Source: a virus
DNA: 61,729 nt
IMG/VR virus record: IMGVR_UViG_3300029821_000004
Span: 1 to 61,729 of that record
Reading direction: 5' to 3' (one strand)
Shown: positions 41,201-49,115 of the stretch, piece by piece
Position numbering within the stretch: position 1 is the stretch's first letter
Layout: each line of letters starts with the position of its first letter
Made by a program: the position numbers and the translations under genes
The notes under the pieces: model-generated
Databases searched by the model: none
The model's input: the letters and a program-made list of their open reading frames with translations, nothing else
Told to the model about the DNA's origin: nothing

Positions 41201-41850
41201 GTGGAACATCTATTGCAGGGGGTAAGATGAAAGTACAAGGGTTGACCTATTGGAACACACCTAATACAGGAGCAACAAATGAGAGCGGGTTTAGTGCTTT
41301 AGGAACTGGTTATAGAAAGGTGGATGGAGCATTTAGCAATTTAGGAGATAATGGATTTTTGTCAACAAGAGACATAAGTGCTGGTGCTAATTATGGATAT
41401 ATAACATATAGGACAGGAGTAAATTTTACAAATACCAATGTTGGTCTTACGGTAACCGAAAAAGCAGGTATGCCAATAAGGTTAATTCGCACCTCACCAA
41501 CTGTACCACAACGAGGGGTGATTCGGGTAAGCACTACTGCAAACATTGCAAGTACACCCGTATCAATCCCAATCCCGTTTGGCTGTCAAGTTGAGAGTAT
41601 TCGCATAAGAAACAAGCAATCTGCTACAAACCTAACCTCTATAAGTGCTACTCACAACAACACCGCAGGGGCAAGTTTGGGTACTTTGATTACAGGTAAA
41701 ACGGTCAATGCTGCAACCTCAAGTATTTTTGTAGCGACCCTTTTAGATATGGCAAGTCAGGAGACTGACGGAACGATAAGGATATTGGCTACGGGCAACG
41801 CTGCGGAGGGCTGCGATATTGAAGTAACTTATAAAGCAATGGCATTATGA
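38251..41850 (+). CDS. Tail fibre / receptor-binding protein with Ala-rich coiled coil, 18 heptad repeats and a C-terminal FISUMP (lectin-like) domain
   Basis: 1199 aa. The coiled coil spans about 38700-39460, and the heptad array AE(G/E/D)xRVT spans 39460-39837. WCYYNN..YGKLYNWYA...GFRVPSKADYDQL...GGKMK...YWNTPNTGATNESGFSALGTGYR matches the Fibrobacter succinogenes major paralogous domain pattern. Confidence 0.8.
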   Translation: MRKEFYKGESLSLILTTPTPETGTRVKITDYTVEATLQGVSPLITILNDYQVQLFLSAETTAFLNEGRVDTILKLTDEDQVIIGKNIDLFAKDPATSRPIDGLDENNTLSLTVNTGDIVFEVSLEHISRSALKVWQDNGNPEGTEEEFLIWLQEPATEAASLANEKALLADEKATLAAEKAQDAITATQGAITATNEAIEATEDTILAKEAALAAANETLEVINATEQALSELEQLKTDTENIGIAVTLKGNQAEAQGVLAEQKATLAEDAATNALIKGNNAQTQADLANQARASTLAAKAATEQATELTIIETNKATQAAALAQEKATLANSRATLANQKADEAALATLAANQATEGALNAKAQALLASQSTQQATLSANLAADNANQAAEAEAELELLIAAAESARESAESLRISAESARDSAEGLRATGEDNRESAEDARVTAEGLRVSAEEARVTAEGLRVTAEEGRVTEEGLRVTAEQGRDTAEGLRVTAEEGRVTAEGLRVTAEDARVTAEAARVQAEIDRVNSGAALSVDVKAIQPAVAFLKRVTADGGTVVDKSLLAKFYTEMNQSLANTHALYFFQLGIKERVSGINRFCNKAYDMGPLNNDGVQVTEATQSFVGGYIAPNEFRCLKYLQGQTQTGEITIPTKSYLATDSWTLFLVLKANKRGTTRILTGANSYIDITATTIVLHNGTSATLTGTHTYDVGKIAQVEFQYSNGTGLIKVNNIPLATTVISTTMSITCLAYSSTNPFDGSIYYFHLENVRISESDSQKRFTFLRSLFAEIEGIGIGNQFWQTSNTEQTVAANGTVIPEVQLATSGAELLTLDFNNWTPVGTVTIDAVATFSTTGAGGVHKSLLTIGTVYLITFTKDNANCKLYNNAGTGATAEITSGTPFVAVSASIYFLNSETGTTVFSAASVKAAGWADLTIPAWCYYNNSVANGAVYGKLYNWYAIDLINKYAPQGFRVPSKADYDQLMAALGGTSIAGGKMKVQGLTYWNTPNTGATNESGFSALGTGYRKVDGAFSNLGDNGFLSTRDISAGANYGYITYRTGVNFTNTNVGLTVTEKAGMPIRLIRTSPTVPQRGVIRVSTTANIASTPVSIPIPFGCQVESIRIRNKQSATNLTSISATHNNTAGASLGTLITGKTVNAATSSIFVATLLDMASQETDGTIRILATGNAAEGCDIEVTYKAMAL
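39460..39837 (+). repeat. 18 tandem 21-bp (heptad) coding repeats
   Basis: The units were counted codon by codon from 39460 (AESARES) to 39837 (AEIDRVN). Confidence 0.9.
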
Positions 41851-42164
41851 TAACAAGAGAAGTAAATAGAGAAGATAGTAATTTGGCTATTATAAAACAC
41901 ATTTACCCTGCAACGGGTGAGTATCTTTGTAAGATTCAGTTAATAGAAAATGGCGAGGTGATAAGGGAAAATGAGAATGTAATTTTCCCTGCCGATGCTT
42001 TTCAGCTAACCGAAGATGAATTAAAGGAGTTCTTTCCTGATGGAACACCTCTTTTTGAGGCAATAGAACAACCCGCCACACTATCAATAGAGGAACGCCT
42101 AACCTTAACAGAGGAAGCGACAGACGAGATTATAAATGTGCTTAACGAAAAGAATATACTATGA
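41847..42164 (+). CDS. Hypothetical protein
   Basis: 105 aa, ATGA overlap with the fibre gene. Confidence 0.5.
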   Translation: MITREVNREDSNLAIIKHIYPATGEYLCKIQLIENGEVIRENENVIFPADAFQLTEDELKEFFPDGTPLFEAIEQPATLSIEERLTLTEEATDEIINVLNEKNIL

Positions 42165-42304
42165 GTAAGATAACTGAATTTCTAAAGTCAAGGGGCAAGG
42201 AATTGAAGCCTCTAAAGAAAAAAGTGGATAGCAAAAAGCTGACCGCAAAACAAAGGAACGACTTAATAGACCAAATGTTAAAGGATTTGGGATATACGGA
42301 ATAA
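42161..42304 (+). CDS. Hypothetical 47-aa basic protein (not in ORF track)
   Basis: Its ATG overlaps the upstream stop (ATGA), and its TAA lies 1 nt before the next ATG. It reads MSKITEFLKSRGKELKPLKKKVDSKKLTAKQRNDLIDQMLKDLGYTE. Confidence 0.45.
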   Translation: MSKITEFLKSRGKELKPLKKKVDSKKLTAKQRNDLIDQMLKDLGYTE

Positions 42305-42305
42305 T

Positions 42306-42647
42306 ATGTGGGAGATTGACGGTATAATAATTAAAGAGAAACAGTTGTCAGTAATTTGGCAATGGTGCGGAATACAAGCTGCCGTTAGGTGGGGGGTAAT
42401 TAGCGTTAATCCGAGTGGTGATTTCACAGAGCAGACACAAAGGCACGAATTAGTACACCAAGCACAACAGAAAGCACAAAGCAAGTATATCATTTTTGGT
42501 TATCCGAAGTTCGTTTTTAAGTATTTATGGTGGTATTTGCAGAGAGGGTACGAAAATAACCCGTTTGAATTGGAAGCAAGGGCGGGGGAGAATAGAGTTA
42601 GGTTTTGGGAGAGTGTGAGTAAGGATAGTTGGAAAGGTTACATATAA
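42306..42647 (+). CDS. Small zincin-like protein (HExxHxxQ ... ELEAR), related to the duplicated module of the giant ORF
   Basis: RHELVHQAQQ followed by NPFELEARA parallels VHEVQHIIQ...GEVEARN inside the giant ORF. The motif also recalls DUF4157-type HExxHxxQQ. Confidence 0.5.
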   Translation: MWEIDGIIIKEKQLSVIWQWCGIQAAVRWGVISVNPSGDFTEQTQRHELVHQAQQKAQSKYIIFGYPKFVFKYLWWYLQRGYENNPFELEARAGENRVRFWESVSKDSWKGYI

Positions 42648-42658
42648 AATTAAACCAA

Positions 42659-43726
42659 ATGACTAAAACAGAAATCGCAAAAGCGTACATAGAGGCTCGG
42701 AGTAAAGAACTCCCACTAAAAAAGATTCTCGTTTCAAAAGAGCTGATGAGCTTTGATCCTGTAAATTTCCCAAAACTTGATGCTACTCGCAAAGTCGTAG
42801 ATTGTGCATTTTCTGAATTAGAATTGGTTACGGAGAAGTATAGTTGCGAAAAACCTATTGCCGACACAGATTATGCTACTCAAATTTATAGAAAGGAAGA
42901 ACAGGATAAAAAAATAAGACAGATACACCCTTTATTTGAAAAAATAATAGAGAGGTACACAGAGGCGGAATTAAAGGATATTGCAGACGGACATAGCAGT
43001 AAACCAATAGTAAGAGCAGCGAATATAGAATTTAGGGGACTTAGGTTTAAATGGATGCAGATTTCCGATACACATTTAGGCTCAAAACACACCAACCCCG
43101 CAGATATTGTTGCTGCATTCAAACACGCAGAAGAAGAGGGTTGTCAAATGATTGCTCACGTTGGCGATGTTTTTGAAGGAATGAGTGGAAGAGAAGGGCA
43201 TATTTACGAGCTTTCCGAGATAGGTTATGCTGCACAATTAGAATTAGGCAGACAAGTATTTTCCGAAACCAAATTGCCTGTAAACGCTATAAGTGGGAAT
43301 CACGATGAGTGGTTCATTAAATCTAATGGTGCTTACATTGTTAAAGAGTTATGCGACAGATTGCCACACCTGAATTACTTAGGGCAGAATTACGGCACTA
43401 TCTACCTTAATGGGGCGAGATATGAACTTACTCACGGGCTTGATGGTGGGGGCTCTTATGCTATCTCTTATCGGGTTCAGAAAATTATTGAAGCCTATGA
43501 GGGAGGACAAAAACCACAGATAATTGGGACAGGACACGACCATAAAGCGGGGTATTTTTTCTTGCGTAATGTACACGCTTTTCTTGGGGGTTGTATGCAA
43601 AATCAATCCGATTGGATGCGACAAACACGCAAGGCAGCAATGAAGGGTTATTGGATTATTGATGCCCTTATAGACGATGGAGAGGTTAAGACAATTAAGA
43701 TGCAGTTTACACCATTTTATAGGTAG
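42659..43726 (+). CDS. Calcineurin-like metallophosphoesterase
   Basis: Motifs ISDTHLG, HVGDVFEG, GNHDEW and GTGHDH appear in canonical order. The track start 42629 is a TTG, so the ATG at 42659 is preferred. Confidence 0.75.
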   Translation: MTKTEIAKAYIEARSKELPLKKILVSKELMSFDPVNFPKLDATRKVVDCAFSELELVTEKYSCEKPIADTDYATQIYRKEEQDKKIRQIHPLFEKIIERYTEAELKDIADGHSSKPIVRAANIEFRGLRFKWMQISDTHLGSKHTNPADIVAAFKHAEEEGCQMIAHVGDVFEGMSGREGHIYELSEIGYAAQLELGRQVFSETKLPVNAISGNHDEWFIKSNGAYIVKELCDRLPHLNYLGQNYGTIYLNGARYELTHGLDGGGSYAISYRVQKIIEAYEGGQKPQIIGTGHDHKAGYFFLRNVHAFLGGCMQNQSDWMRQTRKAAMKGYWIIDALIDDGEVKTIKMQFTPFYR

Positions 43727-43768
43727 GATATGACAAGAATCTATTAATTCCAACCAATATTTTGAATT

Positions 43769-44182
43769 ATGAGAATAACACTAAATAGAAAATACAAGGG
43801 GCAAGATTATACTATTAGTCATTCATTTATTAATGGCGAATACTTTTGCGACTTTATTGAAGATAGAGTAAGGGACTTGGGAGAGAATGGAGAAAATAAG
43901 GTTTATGGAGAAACGGCTATTCCTGCCGGTAAATATAGGATAGTATTAACCTACTCCCCGAAATTTAAGAGAGAACTACCTTTACTTTTAAATGTGCCAT
44001 TCTTTGAAGGGATAAGGATATATCGTGGGAACACAGCCCAATCATCCTCCGGGTGCTTAATTCCGGGGGAGAACAAGATAAAAGGTCAGGTAATTAATTC
44101 TACTAAATATGAGATTGAGTTAATTAGGAGAATAAAAGAAGCTATTAGCCATAACGAAGAAATCTGGATAACTATACAATGA
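43769..44182 (+). CDS. Hypothetical protein (DUF5675-like by recollection)
   Basis: GIRIYRGNTAQSSSGCLIPG resembles the IHxGN...GCI motif of that family. Function is unknown and the usual His is Tyr here. Confidence 0.3.
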   Translation: MRITLNRKYKGQDYTISHSFINGEYFCDFIEDRVRDLGENGENKVYGETAIPAGKYRIVLTYSPKFKRELPLLLNVPFFEGIRIYRGNTAQSSSGCLIPGENKIKGQVINSTKYEIELIRRIKEAISHNEEIWITIQ

Positions 44183-44769
44183 AAAAATACATTTATATAA
44201 CAACAGCCCTTTTAATCTCGGGACTTTTTATCTACACTTCTATCCTAAAAACAAATCTTATTGAAGAAAGAAGCAGGGCAGAACGCTTTGAAGGTAACTT
44301 TAGAATAACCCAAGATACCCTGACTTTCATAAGGGCTAAAAACGGAGATATGATGGCAAGGATTGAGGCTTTACAATTCTCTGAAAAGGAACTAAAGACC
44401 TATAATAAAGATTTAACCAAAAGACTTAAAGAAAGAGATATTAGAATTAAAGATTTACAGACTGCTTTAAATATCTCATCTCAGACAGAAGTTGATATTA
44501 CTATTCCAAGGAGAGATACTATGATTAAGTTGCAACCCGTATCAATGGGGACTTATAAAGACAAATGGAACTCGCTTACGGGAGTGATAACAAAAGATTC
44601 AATAAACTTTAGATTCTCTGCTACGGATAGTCTTTATATTTATCATCATATCCAAAAGCATAAATTTTTATGTATAAGGTGGGGTAAGAAAGCTGAGTGG
44701 TGGGATATATCAAACAAAAACCCCTTTATAAAAATATCGGGGTTTAAAGTCGTTCAGGTTAATCATTAA
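44179..44769 (+). CDS. Hypothetical N-terminally membrane-anchored protein
   Basis: An N-terminal TM (IYITTALLISGLFIYTSIL) is followed by a coiled coil. ATGA overlap with the upstream gene. Confidence 0.5.
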   Translation: MKKYIYITTALLISGLFIYTSILKTNLIEERSRAERFEGNFRITQDTLTFIRAKNGDMMARIEALQFSEKELKTYNKDLTKRLKERDIRIKDLQTALNISSQTEVDITIPRRDTMIKLQPVSMGTYKDKWNSLTGVITKDSINFRFSATDSLYIYHHIQKHKFLCIRWGKKAEWWDISNKNPFIKISGFKVVQVNH

Positions 44770-45125
44770 AGCATTCCGTTGTCCCTCATTTCTTTTATTG
44801 CCTTGAATTGTAAGAGGACATTATTTGAAAACTCCAAGGCTTGTTCTTCGGATAATCTTCGGGCAAGTTTCTTAAACCCTAATTGCTTTCCACACCGGGA
44901 GCAGAAATAAACATAATACGGATCGAACCTATCCACGACCTCTAAATTACCCCCGGTCTTATGTTGTTTATCCCGGCCCCTCCATCTTTTTTTGTTGTAA
45001 GGGTAAAGCTGATACCGGACTGCCCTTTTATGGCCCCAATATTTACAAACAAAAGGCTTTAGCCAATTATAGAGATAAAAATATTTACTCAAAAACTGAA
45101 TGATAATAGTAATAAATTTTTTCAT
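44766..45125 (-). CDS. Hypothetical protein
   Basis: 119-aa ORF, last gene of the long minus operon. It overlaps the convergent plus gene by 4 nt. Confidence 0.45.
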   Translation of the reverse strand: MKKFITIIIQFLSKYFYLYNWLKPFVCKYWGHKRAVRYQLYPYNKKRWRGRDKQHKTGGNLEVVDRFDPYYVYFCSRCGKQLGFKKLARRLSEEQALEFSNNVLLQFKAIKEMRDNGML

Positions 45126-45131
45126 TTTAAG

Positions 45132-45266
45132 TTAATTAAATGGTGGATAAAAAGGATGAGGGTAGCCACAATTCGCGCATACGGGCCTATCTATATTTTG
45201 GCTTGGTATAAATTTCTTACTGCAGCATCTTTGGCACTCAGGAGGTTTTTCTTTAGTCTTTTTCAT
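45132..45266 (-). CDS. Hypothetical 44-aa zinc-ribbon-like protein (not in ORF track)
   Basis: MKKTKEKPPECQRCCSKKFIPSQNIDRPVCANCGYPHPFYPPFN has two CxxC pairs. Its ATG overlaps the end of the NinG-like gene. Confidence 0.4.
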   Translation of the reverse strand: MKKTKEKPPECQRCCSKKFIPSQNIDRPVCANCGYPHPFYPPFN

Positions 45267-45681
45267 AGTTCTTGATTTTGAGTTTGAAGTATTCTATCTT
45301 CTCCATAAGCTCAGATCTACTCCACTTGTACCCGTTCATTTTATAGTCTGCAGCTTTCTTCTTTAAGGCCTCGTATCTTTCCGGACCAATCCTATTTCTA
45401 AGATTATCGCAATACCCGATAAGGTGGCTTTCGTTAAACCCATTACAACCGGCACATTCCCCGTGAATATTATCCTCATCAAACCTCAAACTATCGTGCC
45501 TCTTTACTGCAAAAAAATGCCCTGCTTGAAGATACTTATGCTCTCCACAAGAGATACAAGGTAATCCTTCATCCCTTAATCGGACAAACTTATTACACAA
45601 CTCTTGGCACTCTGCTTTTAATTTGGGTAAGGTTTTCAGCTTCTTCTTTTTCTTTGGTTCTTTCTTTTTCTCGTTCTTCAT
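45253..45681 (-). CDS. ninG: NinG/Rap-like recombination protein
   Basis: CQELCNKFVRLRDEGLPCISCG...AGHFFAV...LRFDEDNIHGECAGCN matches the lambda NinG family pattern. Confidence 0.7.
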   Translation of the reverse strand: MKNEKKKEPKKKKKLKTLPKLKAECQELCNKFVRLRDEGLPCISCGEHKYLQAGHFFAVKRHDSLRFDEDNIHGECAGCNGFNESHLIGYCDNLRNRIGPERYEALKKKAADYKMNGYKWSRSELMEKIEYFKLKIKNYEKD

Positions 45682-46087
45682 AGAGTTTAATTTTTGTATT
45701 TACTTTTTTATACTTTACTCTGAAAGAAGGACAAGACATTAAGTATGAATTAAAATTATTTTTGTGATGTAATATTGTTGCGTGATCTCTCTCTAAAACT
45801 TTAGCGACCTTTGTAGAGGATCCAAGCACACTATAAAGTAATTTAATAGCTATCTTTCGTGCCTCCATTATATCCTCTGATTTAGTAGTTTCTTTCATCT
45901 GGGAGAGGGTTATTCCAAGTTCTTCTTCAATAGATTTTAAGATAACATCAACACTGCCAAAAGCAGAGAGTTCCTCAACAGCTTTAGCGTAGCCAAGTAA
46001 ATAAGATTCTTTTACAAGTTTCATCGCTTTTGCTTTTGGCACTCCGCACCTATGAGAGTTGATGCTATCTTTAATCTTTTCGGTCAT
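45593..46087 (-). CDS. DnaA domain IV-like HTH protein
   Basis: DIMEARKIAIKLLYSVLGSSTKVAKVLERDHATILHHKNNF resembles the DnaA C-terminal DNA-binding domain. It overlaps the NinG ORF by 89 nt. Confidence 0.5.
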   Translation of the reverse strand: MTEKIKDSINSHRCGVPKAKAMKLVKESYLLGYAKAVEELSAFGSVDVILKSIEEELGITLSQMKETTKSEDIMEARKIAIKLLYSVLGSSTKVAKVLERDHATILHHKNNFNSYLMSCPSFRVKYKKVNTKIKLYEEREKERTKEKEEAENLTQIKSRVPRVV

Positions 46088-46120
46088 AGTCTTGAAATCA
46101 TAGTTTGAGTTTTTGGTTAT

Positions 46121-46327
46121 CTATAATTCAAAATCTTTTATCTGCCCCTCAAGTGATTCTACCTCTTCTTTTAGCTCGTCAATCTGCTTATTTAGCCTAT
46201 CGATTTCGTCTTGCATATCGTCTTTTTCAGATTCTAATTGTTCAATTTCTGAAACAAGGTCTGAGGTAATACTCTCAATATCGTTTGTAATATTATCAAC
46301 TCTTCTTTGTAAATTGTTATTTTTCAT
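46121..46327 (-). CDS. Hypothetical acidic coiled-coil protein
   Basis: 68-aa ORF. Confidence 0.45.
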   Translation of the reverse strand: MKNNNLQRRVDNITNDIESITSDLVSEIEQLESEKDDMQDEIDRLNKQIDELKEEVESLEGQIKDFEL

Positions 46328-46344
46328 CTTATTTAAGTTTTTGG

Positions 46345-46713
46345 TTAATCTTTTCGTTTACTTTGTGGTGGCTTAGTCGTTTCAAAATAAAATACCTCAT
46401 TCCACTTAGTGTGTTGAATCGAACCCATATTCATAGCCACCTGCATCTTTGTCTTACTCTTAAATAGGTATTCGGGCTTTTCATTTAGCATTTTACTAAG
46501 CTGTTTTCTATATCCCTCCAAGTCTGTATGGCATTTATAGTTATTACAATCTTTGCAGCTTGGATTTAGATTTTCAAATAAATTAGAACCTCCATAAACT
46601 TGCGGCACTATATGGTCAATGTGCCATCCTTTAATTAGTTCAGTTCCACAATAAGCACACTTTCCGTTATACTTCTCATAGACTAATTGCCGTAGTTTTT
46701 CAGATATTGCCAT
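46345..46713 (-). CDS. HNH endonuclease
   Basis: CAYCGTEL..WHIDHIVPQ..GGSN..NLNPSCKDCNNYK. The ATG at 46713 is preferred over the track start 46788. Confidence 0.8.
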   Translation of the reverse strand: MAISEKLRQLVYEKYNGKCAYCGTELIKGWHIDHIVPQVYGGSNLFENLNPSCKDCNNYKCHTDLEGYRKQLSKMLNEKPEYLFKSKTKMQVAMNMGSIQHTKWNEVFYFETTKPPQSKRKD

Positions 46714-46717
46714 AGTC

Positions 46718-47068
46718 TTAGTCGTGAATGTTGCCGATGACTTCAAAGGTGCTTGTGTTTTTCCCAATATTCCACCCACACTCTTCATAATCCCATTTCA
46801 CTTGATAAGAAAGATATATACCACCTTTAAGATTATCGCCTTCAAACACTTTCACCCCGTTTTTATCTTCAAGCCCTGTGTATTGGCAGACTGTTTCGGG
46901 GAGGACTTCAATAGGAAAACTATAAAAGCCATTTATATTTTTTTTCATTTTGTAACGAATAGAAAATGGAATAAATGTGTCACCTCCTACCCAATAATCG
47001 TGTAGTAAATCTCCCTCTATCCATTCACCATTGTCGGCTCTTTTTGCTTTAAATAATATTGTTCTCAT
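46718..47068 (-). CDS. YopX family protein
   Basis: FKAKRADNGEWIEGDL...YTGLEDKNGVKVFEGD is the typical YopX pattern. Confidence 0.65.
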   Translation of the reverse strand: MRTILFKAKRADNGEWIEGDLLHDYWVGGDTFIPFSIRYKMKKNINGFYSFPIEVLPETVCQYTGLEDKNGVKVFEGDNLKGGIYLSYQVKWDYEECGWNIGKNTSTFEVIGNIHD

Positions 47069-47072
47069 AGTT

Positions 47073-47399
47073 TTAAATTATTTCTTTCCAATGGGTAACA
47101 TTCTTATCTTTTATTGCAAGAAAATCGGGATAAAATCTGCCATCCTCAAATAGCGCAACTGAACGGATAGGGCTTACGGAATCATCCCTTACTAATACAG
47201 AAGTACCTTGCTTCGGCAGCCTCTCGCCTACGGGTATCCATCTGGTTTTTTCTTCCCAAATCTGATTGGCGAAGTTTGCACCAAATTCAAAATCATTGAC
47301 ACATTGTAGTTTTTGTTCAGCTAAGGTACTTACCTCGTACACATCGGAGTAAATTATTTCACAATACTCTTTTGCTGCTTTTTTAATTTGTTCTTTCAT
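47073..47399 (-). CDS. DUF551-like protein
   Basis: The C-terminal RWIPVGERLPKQGTSVLV motif. Confidence 0.45.
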   Translation of the reverse strand: MKEQIKKAAKEYCEIIYSDVYEVSTLAEQKLQCVNDFEFGANFANQIWEEKTRWIPVGERLPKQGTSVLVRDDSVSPIRSVALFEDGRFYPDFLAIKDKNVTHWKEII

Positions 47400-47412
47400 A
47401 ATCTATTCTATT

Positions 47413-47595
47413 TTATTCCTCAATTAATTGCACATCTGTTATTTCGGTTATCTTTCCAAGTTCCTCACCAAACTCATTATCTATTATCCAAAAATGAGTA
47501 GTCGGCAGTTGCTCTAAAAAGTAATCTTGTTCCTCTTTAGTGTTTCCGCAAAAGGCATCTGCAACCTTAATGGTTAGTGTTAGTTTTACTTTCAT
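47413..47595 (-). CDS. Hypothetical protein
   Basis: 60-aa ORF, ATGA overlap with the upstream small ORF. Confidence 0.45.
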   Translation of the reverse strand: MKVKLTLTIKVADAFCGNTKEEQDYFLEQLPTTHFWIIDNEFGEELGKITEITDVQLIEE

Positions 47596-47765
47596 TCCGT
47601 TGCTTTTTTGAGTGCTTCTTCAATTTTTTCCCAAACTTCTTGTGTTGCTACTTGTTTATTTAATCTAAAGCAACCAATAAGCTCCTTTGCACTAATTAAC
47701 GCCTCATACATCAAAGGTGCTGCTGCTTCAAGTTTTCTCAATTGCTCTTCTGTATATTTTTCCAT
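47592..47765 (-). CDS. Hypothetical 57-aa protein (not in ORF track)
   Basis: MEKYTEEQLRKLEAAAPLMYEALISAKELIGCFRLNKQ... Its stop overlaps the next ATG (ATGA). Confidence 0.45.
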   Translation of the reverse strand: MEKYTEEQLRKLEAAAPLMYEALISAKELIGCFRLNKQVATQEVWEKIEEALKKATE

Positions 47766-47777
47766 CTTTATTTAATT

Positions 47778-48011
47778 TTATATTTTCGCTAAATCAGTTA
47801 ACTCTTTTACCAAATCAATCTTATCTTTCTGATTATAGAGATTCTGAATAAACAAACAAGCGTCTATTGTTTGGGTGTGCTTCCATCCCCCCTCTATCAA
47901 ATGAGGGTGTAATGCTATTGAGTTTACGGTGTCTATTACCATAATTTTCCCATCCTTTGCGTAAACAAATACAGCTGCTTTTGAAGGTGTGTTTGTTTCC
48001 ATATTATTCAT
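47778..48011 (-). CDS. Hypothetical protein
   Basis: 77-aa ORF. Confidence 0.45.
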   Translation of the reverse strand: MNNMETNTPSKAAVFVYAKDGKIMVIDTVNSIALHPHLIEGGWKHTQTIDACLFIQNLYNQKDKIDLVKELTDLAKI

Positions 48012-48516
48012 ATGGGTTAATATCTAAGGTGTTCACGTCAATAAATTCTTCGCCTTCATCCATAAGGTTGAAGTGCCATTCAATGAGTTTTTGAAACATA
48101 CTTAGTTGGTTGTGAGTTTTCTGATGCTTCCTATTCCAATCCTTAAGCCCATTAACGTAAAAAGAATTTTGGTCTATCATATACCTAAGCATCCAATCTC
48201 CGTTAGTGCCACTTACTACCTTTAAGTTTTCAGTATGGAAATGAAAGTTCCAATTTTTAATATTACCGACATTAAAGCCTTGTAACTTTGCTAATTCAAA
48301 CATCGGCACAAACTCCTCCCCTTTATGCTTAATCGGTTTGGTTAAATCTGATAATGGGCGTAAGATTGGCTTAACATATTCAGCACTATCAATTGATAGG
48401 TAGCTGCCAAAATGGTACTCATTGTCCATTATTCCTGTTAATTTTGGGGTTGAAAAAATATCTTTTATTTTCAACCCATACGGCAAACTCATTGCCAAAA
48501 ATTCTTGTTTATTCAT
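48004..48516 (-). CDS. Hypothetical protein
   Basis: 170-aa ORF. Confidence 0.5.
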   Translation of the reverse strand: MNKQEFLAMSLPYGLKIKDIFSTPKLTGIMDNEYHFGSYLSIDSAEYVKPILRPLSDLTKPIKHKGEEFVPMFELAKLQGFNVGNIKNWNFHFHTENLKVVSGTNGDWMLRYMIDQNSFYVNGLKDWNRKHQKTHNQLSMFQKLIEWHFNLMDEGEEFIDVNTLDINPYE

Positions 48517-48522
48517 CTTATT

Positions 48523-48723
48523 CTATTTTGCTTTGTTAATTATGATTGGCTTTAAATCTCCTTTTGGATTGTATTTTTCCAAGTTGTTTATAAACTCGTC
48601 AAAGCACTCATTACTACTACATAATAGCAGTTCTACTGGCTGTCCCATACATCCGCAATCTCTGCCAGAACAGCACATTATTACTTCAATGTCTTTTCCG
48701 CAAACTATACAGTTTCCTTTCAT
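48523..48723 (-). CDS. Hypothetical Cys-rich protein
   Basis: 66 aa, with CIVCG...CCSGRDCGC. Confidence 0.45.
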   Translation of the reverse strand: MKGNCIVCGKDIEVIMCCSGRDCGCMGQPVELLLCSSNECFDEFINNLEKYNPKGDLKPIIINKAK

Positions 48724-48731
48724 AATCTATT

Positions 48732-48929
48732 CTATTTTACTTCGGTGAAAATTACTCCTTGTTCATCGCTTCTTACTCCATCCCCACAATGCCCTATTAT
48801 AGCCCTATGTGGTGCGCAAAATGTTACTCTTTGTGGACAGAAATAGCACTTTTCGCAGTTGTCTATTTCGCCCTCCACTCGCAACTCCACTCCATCGTGA
48901 GTGAATGTTTCGCCTATTGGTCTTTCCAT
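48732..48929 (-). CDS. Hypothetical Cys-rich protein
   Basis: 65 aa, with CEKCYFC...C...GHCG..R.D..GVIF. Confidence 0.45.
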   Translation of the reverse strand: MERPIGETFTHDGVELRVEGEIDNCEKCYFCPQRVTFCAPHRAIIGHCGDGVRSDEQGVIFTEVK

Positions 48930-49115
48930 AATCTTATTGTCGTTTTTTAAATAAAAGTAATATTACTCGGTTGTTAATTGTTTATTGTCCAAATTTTGAT
49001 GTCTGGAATTTGTTTGAGTTCTTTACTAAATATAACTATTGTCTTGCCAAACAGATTAATCCCATAAATTCTTTTTATAATTACTTTTTTAATGTCTATC
49101 ATAGATTTGTGTATA

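Noticed and set aside
41040-41495. Diversity-generating retroelement targeting the lectin-like FISUMP domain
   Set aside because: No ORF in the track resembles a reverse transcriptase. The only YADD string lies in the 864-aa structural protein in a non-RT context. I saw no template-repeat copy of this region elsewhere. A computational self-alignment would be needed to exclude a short TR completely.
45593-45681. Programmed frameshift joining the DnaA-C-like ORF and the NinG-like ORF (89-nt overlap)
   Set aside because: No slippery heptamer was noticed in the overlap, and both proteins look complete on their own. It is more likely a start-codon ambiguity or a genuine overlap.
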